A DNA stretch of 57,254 bases from an uncultured virus (IMG/VR IMGVR_UViG_3300025277_002331) (IMGVR_UViG_3300025277_002331:62001-119254), one strand, 5' to 3'. Shown: positions 10,159-20,368, numbered from the stretch's first letter. Notes: generated from the sequence alone by a model not told the origin. Numbers and translations are program-made.

Positions 10159-10485
10159 TTAAAAATCATCCATGGTATATTTATATTCTGTAGTTCTATT
10201 CCCCACTCTGCAATCGGGGCACATCGGAACTCTTTTCCCGTGCATATTGAGATGGTGCTGAAGTTTAAGAACCTCTTGCACCGTAACGCTATCTCTATAG
10301 ATAGCTTGATTATGTACATTTGCTAAAGCAGAGGTTATTGCTGCGGCTTCATGTCCAGCAACAGAGACCGATTTTTGGGGTGGGTTTTCTTCTTTATTTT
10401 TTGATTCAAAATAATATAAAGACAGCCCAATATTGGCCGCTGTGCAAGAAAGAAAAAGCAGCAAGAGATTGGTTGTGGTTTTCAT
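10159..10485 (-). CDS. Membrane-anchored hypothetical protein
   Basis: N-terminal hydrophobic segment, C-terminal CPDC. Confidence 0.5.
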   Translation of the reverse strand: MKTTTNLLLLFLSCTAANIGLSLYYFESKNKEENPPQKSVSVAGHEAAAITSALANVHNQAIYRDSVTVQEVLKLQHHLNMHGKRVPMCPDCRVGNRTTEYKYTMDDF

Positions 10486-11462
10486 CGTAGTGGCTTCTTT
10501 GTGTCTGGAAGTCTAGTATTGTTACTTGAATCTCTGGTTACTGGAAGAACTGGGAATCTCAAACCATCTTTTGTGGGAGCGTTGTTCTTCTCGTTTTTTG
10601 AATTGGAAACTGATGAGCTTCCTTCTGGGCTTAGAGAGAGGACTCCTTTCAGGGAGGGAACCTTTGCATCTGTGTCAATAGCCCACAGAACCCCTTCTTC
10701 CTCGGCGTACTTTCTCATTCTTCTAACCGGTACAATTAGGTTGAAAGTTTCACCGGCTCCTCTAACAAGCATCCCCACATACTGGCCAGCCTTTTCTCCA
10801 GACCTTTCGCTTAGAAATACTCCACCGCCACTAGAACCCGGAAATGCGGTAACTGTTGTTTGGTCAAACACAACTCCGTCACCATTGCCCAAATCAAGAA
10901 CTCTACCAACTTGAGAACAAATTCCTCGCGTCATCGAGTTACTGCCTACTTGGCCTAGTAAAGAGCCGACATGATATAGCTCAGTACCAATAGCCACTGG
11001 CTTGCCTTCATTCTTATAGAAAGTAACAGTCTTATCGATAAAGCCTTTCTTTCTAACCATCAAGAGAGCCAAGTCTTCTCCGTTTTCAGCATCCGAGTAC
11101 TTAATGACCTTGGCTTCCATCTTGATTTCGCCAACACGGCGACCGTCTTCAACTAACTCCTTGACAATCTGAGCATCTTTAAACTCAACAACTGTCTGAG
11201 GTTTGCCATTCTTGATTTCTACCCTGACAGACCTTAGTCCGTCTACTACGTGCGCAGCGGTCCATACAAAGTTGACCTTCTGCTTAACATTGGGGACCAC
11301 TTCAACATCTCGCGTAATAATAACGCCAGAGCCTTCACCGAACCCAGACTTAACCGTAACTGAAACATCCTGTAGATGTTGATACAGTCGATTGTCCTGA
11401 GCGAAGACGCTCGTGGCAAAGATAAAAACAGATAGCAATCCTGTCCAAAAAATCTTCTTCAT
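10482..11462 (-). CDS. Exported trypsin-like (S1) serine protease
   Basis: Signal peptide; triad WTAAHVV, EDLALL, PGSSGGG. Confidence 0.9.
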   Translation of the reverse strand: MKKIFWTGLLSVFIFATSVFAQDNRLYQHLQDVSVTVKSGFGEGSGVIITRDVEVVPNVKQKVNFVWTAAHVVDGLRSVRVEIKNGKPQTVVEFKDAQIVKELVEDGRRVGEIKMEAKVIKYSDAENGEDLALLMVRKKGFIDKTVTFYKNEGKPVAIGTELYHVGSLLGQVGSNSMTRGICSQVGRVLDLGNGDGVVFDQTTVTAFPGSSGGGVFLSERSGEKAGQYVGMLVRGAGETFNLIVPVRRMRKYAEEEGVLWAIDTDAKVPSLKGVLSLSPEGSSSVSNSKNEKNNAPTKDGLRFPVLPVTRDSSNNTRLPDTKKPLR

Positions 11463-11508
11463 CGGAATCCTTCCTCTGTGTCTTTAATTAATAACGGGTT
11501 GAAGTTAC

Positions 11509-12297
11509 TTATTCAACAACCTCACCACCCTGCATACGTCTTTCCAACTCTCTCTGTGGAGTATTGCCATCATTCTCAGCAACGCCGGGAGCAACCGGAA
11601 CGTTAGTCGTTGAGATTGGGCGAAGTTCGTCTTCAGTAAATTCGCCACCTAGAGCAGGATGCTTAATCCATTCGATTGTTGGAATATGTCCAACATCATA
11701 AGTTTCAAAATGGTTCTTTGTCAAGAAGAATGGGGTGCTTTCATCAAAAACTTTTTCGGCTTCAATAACTGGCACGTTGAATAGCTCTACGCACATTAGG
11801 CGATAGCCTTCTCGGAAAAGCTTTTTCATTTCCTTGCCAGTGGCTTCTGACCAGTCATTTGCCCAAGTGTTTTCAGTCAACTGGGAAATGTTGCTCATAG
11901 CCTGTAGGCAAAGCTCAATCCACCTACGACAGTAGTCGTTCTTCACATCAAAGTATCGAACGGGATAAATCTTGAAAGCTCTACGCTCGTGCGTAATGTG
12001 ATGAGCTTCAAGTCTCTCCATGTTATCACGTTTGGTGTTTGTATCAATTAGGTTGCACAAACGAACAAACATATTGTGATGATGCTTTACAGCGCCTAGC
12101 GTCGGGGGACCGGGAACGAAGCAATCAGTGCGAACACTGAAAGCCTGAACATGCTCACCAACTTTTTCAAAAAGTCTGGCCATAGCTAGGTTGTGGGTTT
12201 CCTTGTTGTCGCCAACATTGGGAATCGCCCACTTCACGCCCTGAAACATATAGGGAAGAATGGCGTCGTGAACTGGAATTACTAAATTATCGGACAT
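11509..12297 (-). CDS. Hypothetical protein
   Basis: 262-aa ORF with strong AAGGAGG RBS. Confidence 0.7.
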   Translation of the reverse strand: MSDNLVIPVHDAILPYMFQGVKWAIPNVGDNKETHNLAMARLFEKVGEHVQAFSVRTDCFVPGPPTLGAVKHHHNMFVRLCNLIDTNTKRDNMERLEAHHITHERRAFKIYPVRYFDVKNDYCRRWIELCLQAMSNISQLTENTWANDWSEATGKEMKKLFREGYRLMCVELFNVPVIEAEKVFDESTPFFLTKNHFETYDVGHIPTIEWIKHPALGGEFTEDELRPISTTNVPVAPGVAENDGNTPQRELERRMQGGEVVE

Positions 12298-12319
12298 GTT
12301 TAATACCCTCCTTATGGGA

Positions 12320-14341
12320 TTAGTCGACGTTAAATTTTTCTTTCAATCTTTGTCTAAGTAGCGTGTTAATTTGATTAACAGTCATGGTTTGGTCATCAGT
12401 ATATTCGTTGACTAGTTCTCCAATTATAGTCATGATTTGCTCAGCGGTAACTTTCTTTCTTGTAGCGAAAGGAATGTTAATAAACTGAGGCGGGAGGCCA
12501 TGAGCAGCTACTGGTTGTTGATAGTATGGCGAAGAAACTGGAAGACCGTAGGGAACAAAGCCCGGATTGAGTCCGCTGCTCCCCTCTACTTGATTCTTCA
12601 AGTTTTCATCTATCTCGTAAGTAGTTTGAGGGTTTGGAAGCTCATCTGGCGTCATGACAAACCCGCCATTGGGATGTTCATATTTGTGAAAATGTTCATG
12701 AATATGCTCATGTTTCTTAGATTCACAATCACAGCCATCATCACTATTATACCCCAATCCCTCTGTCTCATTGTCACAATTTTCTTCATTTTCTTCTTCT
12801 TCTTCTTCTTCATCTTTCCTTCGACGCCTTCTTCCAATTCTTCCTAGTACCAAAGGCACTCCATATTTTAGAGCCAACGCCCCAAGGCTCATGCCACCTA
12901 GGGTTAGACTAACGTTTTCTACAGTGTTACCGTTTCCGCCAGTCATATCATCAAGGTAATGTTCTGAGCCTTCGATTAACTTATCCTTTTTGCCAATTAA
13001 AACAAGCAGGTTTTCTATCCTAGAAGAAAGCGAACCCTTTTCGCCTTCAACTCTTCCGAGAAGGTCTTTCAGTCCATTGATTTCGTTTTGAGAACTTGAT
13101 AGGTTCCCAGATACCCCAGACAATTCAGCCTTTAGACTTTCATGCAGGGCTTCTAAATTTGTTAGCTTCTCTTTAAGCTCTACAATCATATCAAGATATT
13201 CTTGACGTTCTTTGTCGAAGTCTGGACCCGGTTCTACAGGACCACCGGGGTCTGGTCTTCCCGGCCAACCATTGAACCCGCCTCCACCATCTGGGGGACC
13301 ACCTCCGGGTGGCTGTGGGTTTGGGTTTGGTGGTGGGCACGGGTTGTTGAATGGACACCAAGGGAAAAGACCTTCTCCGTTATATAGCTCTTTAATCTTT
13401 ATGCCCTTAAAGAAATCTAGACTCTTGCGCATGCTGCCATCTTCAAGAGTTACAATGGGGCAGTACATGAATTCGCCGTTTTTGGTTCTTCTTAGGCCAC
13501 CCTTTTCTGGAATTATGATATGTTCACCCATCCCTTGCTTGCATTGAGGGCAAACCTTTTTCATTCGTTCCGGTTGGGGCTTAGAAGTTTTTTCTTTTGG
13601 GTGGTCGTGGCCATCGCGGACAACTCTGTAAGAAGTTTCGATTGGATGTCCATGACCGTTACCTTCAATAATTTCATAGATTTGTTTAAGAGATAGACCA
13701 GCGCCGTAGTCATCTGGTCCATCGTCTGTCCAAGCGCCATCTCCGACTCGCCAAGCAAGTAAAACACCTATGCGAGTTTGAAGTTCATCCTTTTCATCTT
13801 TGATTAGGACGAGAACGCCACTACCAGATTGACCACCTATTGGAGCAGCGTTAAAGCTTACGACAGCACCGGTATTTCTTATAACTCTACCGTACCAAGC
13901 CATGGCCCACTGTCCGCTTGGACAACCGCCAGCCATAATATAATCGTTTGGCTTGATTTCTGTACCCTTTGGGGCAAGAGGGATAATTCTTGGTGGATAT
14001 CTACCAAAGTATTTCTTTTTTACAGAAATTACGGCTAGGTCAAGAGCAGTGCCATCTTTATATTCGACATATTCAGTCTTAAACGGTAGCATGGCAGACT
14101 TGTAGCCACTCTGAAAAAATTCTACATGCCCTCTTCTGGCGCGGTCTATAACGTGTCCATTAGTTAGAATAAAATACTTATCTTCGTCTTCTGCAAATAC
14201 TGTACCGCTTCCTCTAGCTCCACTTGTACTGACTCTACAAACAGCCTCTAGGGCTTGGTCCATCGTTAGGGGTTTTGCTTCTGCGATGCTAGAAAGCAAC
14301 ACACCCAATCCAAAAACGATTGAGAATATTAGCTTATTCAT
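12320..14341 (-). CDS. Exported trypsin-like serine protease with Pro/Gly linker, coiled coil, TM helix and tail
   Basis: Signal peptide; LTNGHVI, LDLAVI, GGQSGSG; PPPNPNPQPPGGG linker; heptad region; hydrophobic LGGMSLGALALKYGVPLVLG followed by RRRRRK. Confidence 0.85.
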   Translation of the reverse strand: MNKLIFSIVFGLGVLLSSIAEAKPLTMDQALEAVCRVSTSGARGSGTVFAEDEDKYFILTNGHVIDRARRGHVEFFQSGYKSAMLPFKTEYVEYKDGTALDLAVISVKKKYFGRYPPRIIPLAPKGTEIKPNDYIMAGGCPSGQWAMAWYGRVIRNTGAVVSFNAAPIGGQSGSGVLVLIKDEKDELQTRIGVLLAWRVGDGAWTDDGPDDYGAGLSLKQIYEIIEGNGHGHPIETSYRVVRDGHDHPKEKTSKPQPERMKKVCPQCKQGMGEHIIIPEKGGLRRTKNGEFMYCPIVTLEDGSMRKSLDFFKGIKIKELYNGEGLFPWCPFNNPCPPPNPNPQPPGGGPPDGGGGFNGWPGRPDPGGPVEPGPDFDKERQEYLDMIVELKEKLTNLEALHESLKAELSGVSGNLSSSQNEINGLKDLLGRVEGEKGSLSSRIENLLVLIGKKDKLIEGSEHYLDDMTGGNGNTVENVSLTLGGMSLGALALKYGVPLVLGRIGRRRRRKDEEEEEEENEENCDNETEGLGYNSDDGCDCESKKHEHIHEHFHKYEHPNGGFVMTPDELPNPQTTYEIDENLKNQVEGSSGLNPGFVPYGLPVSSPYYQQPVAAHGLPPQFINIPFATRKKVTAEQIMTIIGELVNEYTDDQTMTVNQINTLLRQRLKEKFNVD

Positions 14342-14347
14342 TATAGC

Positions 14348-15004
14348 TTACCAATCTTTTTCGAGGGTGAACTGATACTTAAACAAAGGAGAGCGAGCCA
14401 AATCGGCTGGCGTTGTGGCCGCGTCTGCCAAAAAGGGACATGGGTCTAAGTAATTAATTCGGTAAGCATAGGTTACGGCTGTGCTACACACAAAAACCTC
14501 GTTGGGTTCATCATCTTTGATATTTTGTGGTGCGAGCCTGCAAAAAGGAAGATAGTGTTTTCCAAGCTTGACAAAGTTCTTCCAGCCATAAGGAAGACCA
14601 GTAAGCTTTAACATCGTATCCGTAACGTTTTTTGCAACTCCCGCATCAAATTTATATTCGAGTTGCTTATTTTCGTACTCAACTTTTACGGAACGATTCT
14701 CGTTGTTTTCAGGCCAAGATGAAAATTGATTATAGGATATGAGATTTGATGGTCTAAAAACATCTATGTTATCTGGATGAGTGTCTACTTGTGTTTTAAG
14801 AGACACCGACCTACCTCCGCGAAATTCCCTAAACTCCACGCATTCAATGTTATCCCCATCCCAGTGGGCCATAGCCGCGTGACTATGCACCCCGCTTCCA
14901 TATCTTTTTATTAGCCAGCTTATCAGACCCCTACCACGAAACAGTAAAACATCAGCTTCTTGAACATAGTTGATTGCTTCGTGGTAGGGAACTAGATTAA
15001 TCAT
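14348..15004 (-). CDS. Permuted papain-like amidase (YaeF/YiiX, C92-like)
   Basis: ADVLLFRG, HSHAAM (His first), GLPY, FVCSTAV (Cys later), TTPADL. Confidence 0.8.
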   Translation of the reverse strand: MINLVPYHEAINYVQEADVLLFRGRGLISWLIKRYGSGVHSHAAMAHWDGDNIECVEFREFRGGRSVSLKTQVDTHPDNIDVFRPSNLISYNQFSSWPENNENRSVKVEYENKQLEYKFDAGVAKNVTDTMLKLTGLPYGWKNFVKLGKHYLPFCRLAPQNIKDDEPNEVFVCSTAVTYAYRINYLDPCPFLADAATTPADLARSPLFKYQFTLEKDW

Positions 15005-15324
15005 TACTTTGGCTCTTCTAATTTTTTGTCAATCCTGTCTAATATATCCGCTATTCTTCTTTGGTCACCGACCAATTTTGTTATTACCTGCTGCATATCC
15101 TTCTGAATTTCCGCCCAACTTCTAGGAACATAAACTAATGGAGTTCCATCTACATCACATTTTGACATGACTTCATGCATATCTTTTAACCAATCTCTTT
15201 CTTCGTCCATTAGGACTGACTGTTTTCGAATTGATTTAGTGACAAGAATTTCAATAATCTTTCCGAGTCCTACAACCACTACAACAATAGTCGCCAACAC
15301 TGGAACGGAAAAAATGGATTCCAT
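15004..15324 (-). CDS. Single-TM membrane protein, holin-like
   Basis: N-terminal TM VPVLATIVVVVVGLG then coiled coil; coupled to the amidase. Confidence 0.45.
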   Translation of the reverse strand: MESIFSVPVLATIVVVVVGLGKIIEILVTKSIRKQSVLMDEERDWLKDMHEVMSKCDVDGTPLVYVPRSWAEIQKDMQQVITKLVGDQRRIADILDRIDKKLEEPK

Positions 15325-15345
15325 GATAGACTCTCTCTTTTCAAA

Positions 15346-15383
15346 GAAAAAAGAGGGGACCGGTCAAGCGGCCAGTCCCCTCC
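15346..15383 (-). terminator. Intrinsic terminator
   Basis: GAGGGGAC-TGGCCGCTTGACCG-GTCCCCTC then T-run on minus strand. Confidence 0.75.
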
Positions 15384-15409
15384 TTGGACATGCTAGACTG
15401 CTAAAAAAA

Positions 15410-16081
15410 TTAGCCGTTCTTTGCCGGGTAGTCTGCCTGAGTAGGCGTCTTGCCCGTTTCGAGGTAAGTCAATTCGCCGGGAATCGCTAGGGTCGGGTAC
15501 TCTGCTAGGGCAGTAAGTGCTGACCCACCAGACGAGTCTCGGTAAACTTCGTTGGCGGCAGAGGGATAGGTTGACCAGTTGCCACGTTCCCCAGAAATGC
15601 CAACTGGGTTCCAGTATCGAGCGCGATGAGCAGTAGCGGTTGCTGCGCCATGCTGTCTAAACGTAGTGTTAAGAGCCTTGCGCGTGCCATCGTCGGACGA
15701 CGGGAAGTAGATGGCTGTGTTACTGGTATTGTTGATATAGTCAGACCAGCCTCTAATAATCCAGCCGTTGCCATTCGAGATGGAATGACCAGCGACGCCG
15801 GGTTCAAATGCGATGGTTCCGCTACCCTTGGCAGTCTGAACGCCTGTTACGCCAACCGGAGTCGCCTGAGTTCCGCCATTGATGGCTAAAACTCTTGAGC
15901 GTCTAACCGCGCCGTCGTCGGCGTTGTCACGAAGATTAAAGGTCTTCGTAATGGGGTTACCGGTAGTAACCGTGCTGGCATCTGTGACGCCAATTGCGCT
16001 TCCACCTTCTTTTTGTACTGGAGCAGTGTCTGTGTTGTCTGTGGTGGAAACAACTCTCGTAAACTTTGTACCTACTGACAT
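15410..16081 (-). CDS. Putative virion structural protein
   Basis: Thr/Gly/Ala/Ser-rich with its own terminator; function inferred only from composition. Confidence 0.4.
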   Translation of the reverse strand: MSVGTKFTRVVSTTDNTDTAPVQKEGGSAIGVTDASTVTTGNPITKTFNLRDNADDGAVRRSRVLAINGGTQATPVGVTGVQTAKGSGTIAFEPGVAGHSISNGNGWIIRGWSDYINNTSNTAIYFPSSDDGTRKALNTTFRQHGAATATAHRARYWNPVGISGERGNWSTYPSAANEVYRDSSGGSALTALAEYPTLAIPGELTYLETGKTPTQADYPAKNG

Positions 16082-16168
16082 GATAAAACACCTTTCATAT
16101 GGCGCTTTATTGGTCCTTTTTTTCCTATAATATAGAGTCCAGTCCTAGTATATTATACACCAATTGTA

Positions 16169-16657
16169 CTAGTCGATGATTCTATTTCTGTGGGATTGCA
16201 ATTGTTCCATAGCTTCCTTAAGGTATCTTCTTGCGGTTTCCCTACTGTAATCATTGGCATCGCCAATCTCTTCCATAGTGAGATTATAAAAAAACCTCTG
16301 TTTTACTACCCTTTTTAGCCTTGGACTTAGAGAGTCCACTATATCTAAAAGTTCTACAAGCTCGTAATCCCCGCTATCTCCTAGAAAAGTATCGCAGGTG
16401 AGATACCTTCTACGATTTCTTCTTAGGTAGAGCTTACATTCCCAGTCTATACTGACGTATAGGAAGTTTGAGAACTTTCTCTTTTTTGCGATGTCGTATT
16501 TTTTAAGGGCTTTCCAAAGTCCTATCAGCTGGCATGATTCTATCTCGTCGATAGGCATGCTTCTGTAATATTTCTTTGCCAAAAATCCGAAAACCCTCTT
16601 GGTATCCTCTTTATTAAGAGATACTTCAAAATCTTCTGATGATACTTCCGTGTCCAC
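16169..16657 (-). CDS. Small sigma70-family factor
   Basis: LIGLWKALKKYD...KFSNF (region 2) and LTMEEIG...SRETARR (region 4 HTH). Confidence 0.8.
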   Translation of the reverse strand: MDTEVSSEDFEVSLNKEDTKRVFGFLAKKYYRSMPIDEIESCQLIGLWKALKKYDIAKKRKFSNFLYVSIDWECKLYLRRNRRRYLTCDTFLGDSGDYELVELLDIVDSLSPRLKRVVKQRFFYNLTMEEIGDANDYSRETARRYLKEAMEQLQSHRNRIID

Positions 16658-16666
16658 TTTAAATCC

Positions 16667-17278
16667 TCAGTCATTTGTTAGTAAGATTCCTCCAGACAAA
16701 CTCTTTGCGTGGATATATATAGATAACTTTTGCATGTAGTTTTCATCGTCCTGAGTGTCAGCGCAGACTGAGCTAATTTCTCCATTTGGAAAAATAAATA
16801 TTGCCCAGTGGTTCTTTTTTGATAGTTCTAGCTTTAATCTTTTAATCTCAAAAAGAACATCGTTATCTAAATCCAAACCGTCTTCTTCGTTTTCGTGCTT
16901 TCCTAAAATTTCCCTCTCTATTTCTAGCCTTATCTTTTTAAAATCGAATAGATTTCCGATACCTAGAAAAAACTTATACCTTGTTATTGCCTTAAGGGCT
17001 TCAACACCGTCTATTACTTCTATGGTGCTTATAATTGCCGGGGTTATGTCAAAATTAGTATGACCAACCCAACAATCGAATTGCTTAGACGGGCTTAGCT
17101 TATCGTGAAGCTTGTACATACCCAAGGGTGTAACTACAAGATTTGGAATTCTTTCAGCCAGACCCATGGCTTCAATAATTTCTTCTTCATCTAAGCCTTC
17201 TAGGTTGTAGTTGGAAGCTGCTTCCTGTTCAATTATGTCGTCGTCCCATTTTTCCCACGCTATTAAATTTTCTGACAT
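16667..17278 (-). CDS. Hypothetical protein
   Basis: 203-aa ORF, GGAG RBS. Confidence 0.65.
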   Translation of the reverse strand: MSENLIAWEKWDDDIIEQEAASNYNLEGLDEEEIIEAMGLAERIPNLVVTPLGMYKLHDKLSPSKQFDCWVGHTNFDITPAIISTIEVIDGVEALKAITRYKFFLGIGNLFDFKKIRLEIEREILGKHENEEDGLDLDNDVLFEIKRLKLELSKKNHWAIFIFPNGEISSVCADTQDDENYMQKLSIYIHAKSLSGGILLTND

Positions 17279-17288
17279 GGTCGTACTC

Positions 17289-17696
17289 CTATAGGGAGTT
17301 TGGGAAGATATCTGAGTTAGGATTTAGAGCATCTGTTGGTTTAACTACAGCAGAATTTTCCCCTGCTTCTAGGGCAGCTACTATCAGGAGATAAACACCA
17401 AGGCGCTCTTGTTCTACACATGTTTCTAAAATAATCTTTAGGGTGTCTTGTAGTAAAATGCCAGTATTAACCTGATTTAGAAGTTCGGTGAACGCGGCTA
17501 TGTCTTCTGCTCCGTCGCCAAAAGAACAGGCAACATATGTATATCCATCTCTTAAGACTTGAAACTCTAGGGAGGCAGCAATCTCGTCTTCACTCACGTC
17601 GCCTTCTTCAAGAGATTCGTCGGTTATTTCTTCAGGTGGTTCAGGACTCTCCTCTTTTTTAAATAATTTTAGAAATGTTTGCCAAGATTTCTTCAT
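17289..17696 (-). CDS. Hypothetical acidic protein
   Basis: 135-aa ORF in run. Confidence 0.55.
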   Translation of the reverse strand: MKKSWQTFLKLFKKEESPEPPEEITDESLEEGDVSEDEIAASLEFQVLRDGYTYVACSFGDGAEDIAAFTELLNQVNTGILLQDTLKIILETCVEQERLGVYLLIVAALEAGENSAVVKPTDALNPNSDIFPNSL

Positions 17697-18033
17697 ATCC
17701 TTGATACTTTCCTTCAGTATTCTGGTAAATGGTTACATAGTTCTCCCACCTTCCTTTTTTAATCGTAGACTCTGGTGGAACCATGCAGCAATAATTTATA
17801 TAAATCTCTTCCCCTGTTTTATTTACAGACAAAAGAACCAGTGTTAACCAATCAAAAGAATATCCTAGATATTGTCTAGAAATTTTTTCCAAAGAATGGT
17901 CTATGTCAGAATTTCCAAACACTCTAATGGATGGAATTTCGTTATCTTCTGGAACCAGAAGTTTAAACTGTCCTTTTCCCGAAGTAGAGTAGGAGGTTAT
18001 TCCCAGTCTCGCGCAGACCTTAAATGTGCTCAT
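17659..18033 (-). CDS. Hypothetical protein
   Basis: 124-aa ORF in run. Confidence 0.55.
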   Translation of the reverse strand: MSTFKVCARLGITSYSTSGKGQFKLLVPEDNEIPSIRVFGNSDIDHSLEKISRQYLGYSFDWLTLVLLSVNKTGEEIYINYCCMVPPESTIKKGRWENYVTIYQNTEGKYQGYEEILANISKII

Positions 18034-18046
18034 TGTTTATTCTATC

Positions 18047-18343
18047 TTAAGAAGAAACTTCTACAGCCTCACCCTTATTTGGGTACTGTGGTGACGGCTG
18101 CGGTCCTGCTGGAGTTGGGGAAACTGGAGACTGTGATTGATTTGGCGCAGTTATGGTTTCAAGCATTGAAATACAACTGTCCGCATGTTCACAGTCCTCA
18201 ACAGCTTTTATAGCCTCCTCTACGATATTGGGATGTTCCCCAACACCAACAGGATTTCTTACATAGATGTTTAATCTAGCAATTGCCTCTGCTTTCTTTG
18301 CGGCAAAATGTAGATTGATAGCTTCTAAAATTGGATTATCCAT
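18047..18343 (-). CDS. Conserved-type phage hypothetical protein
   Basis: NPVGVGEHPNIVEE motif, recalled from small proteins of large phages. Confidence 0.65.
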   Translation of the reverse strand: MDNPILEAINLHFAAKKAEAIARLNIYVRNPVGVGEHPNIVEEAIKAVEDCEHADSCISMLETITAPNQSQSPVSPTPAGPQPSPQYPNKGEAVEVSS

Positions 18344-18372
18344 CTTTGTGTTCCTCGATTTATTGCTGACTA

Positions 18373-18585
18373 CTAATCGTGAGCGGCGCAGCAGGGGCAG
18401 TTACCATCGGTACAAGCCTCGACGCAATCACAAGCGCCACAGCAAGTTTCGCACTGACAAACCTTCTCGCCATTTAGAACCGGACACGCATGTCCCATAT
18501 GAAAAATTGGACAGAACTGAAGTCCCCAGCCCATCGCAATACCTACTAATAGACACATCCAGTGATTCTTAATAACGTCTAACAT
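18373..18585 (-). CDS. Small membrane-anchored Cys-rich protein
   Basis: TM segment followed by CQCETCCGACDCVEACTDGNCPCC. Confidence 0.55.
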   Translation of the reverse strand: MLDVIKNHWMCLLVGIAMGWGLQFCPIFHMGHACPVLNGEKVCQCETCCGACDCVEACTDGNCPCCAAHD

Positions 18586-18596
18586 TGTTGACTCCC

Positions 18597-19022
18597 TTAG
18601 TGTTTTTTCTTTTTGTTCTTTTTATATTCAGTCCATTCAGCTTCGTTCATAGGAACACATTTTCCATTCTTCTCAACGTATCCTTCGTTACAATTTGGTG
18701 GATATCCAGCCTTTTCATCGGCGTAGAGTTTGGCAGCCTTGTTTAAAATATGTTCATTGCCCATTGTATCTCTCCTAATAAATACTAAGTTAACACCGTC
18801 TCTTTCGTAAGCTCCCCGCCTATCAAAATAATGAAGCTCATTTGTTTTTGGATTTTTATAAACATACACAGTGATTTTAGATTGGCCTTTGCTTTTCGAC
18901 CACTGACTATGACAAAATGCAACCCTTTGGTCTTGGTCTGGAAAGCTTTTTTTAGATTCGTCACTGGACATGCACCTAGAAACAAAGGCGCTTTTTTCTT
19001 CATTCTTTTGTGGTGAGGGCAT
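18597..19022 (-). CDS. Phage hypothetical protein
   Basis: FVSRCM...QRVAFCHSQW motif; possible second internal start MGNEH. Confidence 0.55.
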   Translation of the reverse strand: MPSPQKNEEKSAFVSRCMSSDESKKSFPDQDQRVAFCHSQWSKSKGQSKITVYVYKNPKTNELHYFDRRGAYERDGVNLVFIRRDTMGNEHILNKAAKLYADEKAGYPPNCNEGYVEKNGKCVPMNEAEWTEYKKNKKKKH

Positions 19023-20085
19023 CTCTAATTTTCTCCGCTGTATTTTCCCATGAAAATTGATTGGCCGTTTTTATTCCCTCTTCGTTCATGGGAAGGCTGC
19101 CAGATTGTTTTGTTCTATGCACAGATTTCATCAATGATGCAACGTAACCAGTTTCTTTATCTGTGAGCTTGGCCCATTGGCCCTGTCCATGAAACCACTT
19201 ACCGTCAAAAGCTTCTTCTGTGTTTTTCACGTTGAGGAGAAGGGTGTTTTTATGGCTGCAAAACTCAGTGTGCCCAGAATAATCTGTGGCTATTACATGT
19301 TTACCACAAGAGAGCATCTCAAGCAACTCCAAGTTCCAGCCCTCTGCGCGGGCAGGAAAAACCCCACAATCTGTCTCTCTCATTATATTATACACATCTT
19401 TTTGCGTGGGTTGTCTGGAAATTATTTTTACCTTTGAACCAAGGGGAGATTTCAAATATAACTGCTCCCATTCGTCATTCTCGCTGTCGCTAAAGAAAGG
19501 GTTTCTGCACATCATCCACAGTTCTACGTCGTCTTCCGGCACGAAGGCCTGATTGAAAGCATCTACGATTAAATCATGCCCCTTTCTTATCTCCCACTTC
19601 CCGCAATTGAAAAAGACAGTTGTTTTTCTGTTTGACAAGTGGGGTTTGAATACTTGCCCGTCAACACCGAGTGGAGCAACGCTAACCACTGGCCGGGAGT
19701 TGTCCCCGACTACTCCATTTTCTATACACACCTTTCTTGCCCAATCAGAGCAAACAATCAAGCTATCTAACTGGGAAAGATGTGATTTCTCTATCTCAGT
19801 GAATGTGTCTAGCTCAAATATAGGAAACCCCGCCCTTAATCCCCGGCCAACAAACTGGCTCATATCATTTTGATGCCATATTCTTAAGCAGGGAGCGTTA
19901 AAGTTTGGCAGTTGATTGTTTTTTATTAATTGTATTATGCTTTGCGTGTCCTCTTGAGGACAATCTACATTTCCCAGTGGCCAAAGGGCAACTCTCCCCA
20001 ATTTAGAAAGGCTTTTTGCAACATTAAGGCCAGTAACACCATATCCAAGCTGGTTTATAGGAGTTATTAAATTAAAGTGTTCCAT
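19000..20085 (-). CDS. Glycosyltransferase family 4 (GT-B)
   Basis: GKWEIRKGHD, FPARAEGWNLELLEMLSCG, FSWEN. Confidence 0.88.
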   Translation of the reverse strand: MEHFNLITPINQLGYGVTGLNVAKSLSKLGRVALWPLGNVDCPQEDTQSIIQLIKNNQLPNFNAPCLRIWHQNDMSQFVGRGLRAGFPIFELDTFTEIEKSHLSQLDSLIVCSDWARKVCIENGVVGDNSRPVVSVAPLGVDGQVFKPHLSNRKTTVFFNCGKWEIRKGHDLIVDAFNQAFVPEDDVELWMMCRNPFFSDSENDEWEQLYLKSPLGSKVKIISRQPTQKDVYNIMRETDCGVFPARAEGWNLELLEMLSCGKHVIATDYSGHTEFCSHKNTLLLNVKNTEEAFDGKWFHGQGQWAKLTDKETGYVASLMKSVHRTKQSGSLPMNEEGIKTANQFSWENTAEKIRDALTTKE

Positions 20086-20155
20086 TTCGTCTCCATATAA
20101 AACTAGCCCGAGACTACACTAGATAGCTCCGGGCCAGTCAAATAGTTTAAGGGAA

Positions 20156-20368
20156 TTAAGAGCAGTAAAGCTCTATAAAATCCCAATCAATATTATTTAC
20201 AACTTCAAGTACACAGCTTCCAATAAAAGGGTGTTGCTTACCGGCCTCTATCGACAGCATTTTTATATGCTGTTTGAGTTCTTTAGTATTTCCTTTTATA
20301 AGATTATATTTGAAATAATTATACGCAATGCTTGTTTGTCTGTTTGGAAATAAATCGTTAGGTATCAT
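20156..20368 (-). CDS. Hypothetical protein
   Basis: 70-aa ORF coupled to upstream gene. Confidence 0.45.
   Translation of the reverse strand: MIPNDLFPNRQTSIAYNYFKYNLIKGNTKELKQHIKMLSIEAGKQHPFIGSCVLEVVNNIDWDFIELYCS

Noticed and set aside
12781..12815. TTC trinucleotide tandem repeat
   Set aside because: It simply encodes the poly-Glu tract of the large protease.
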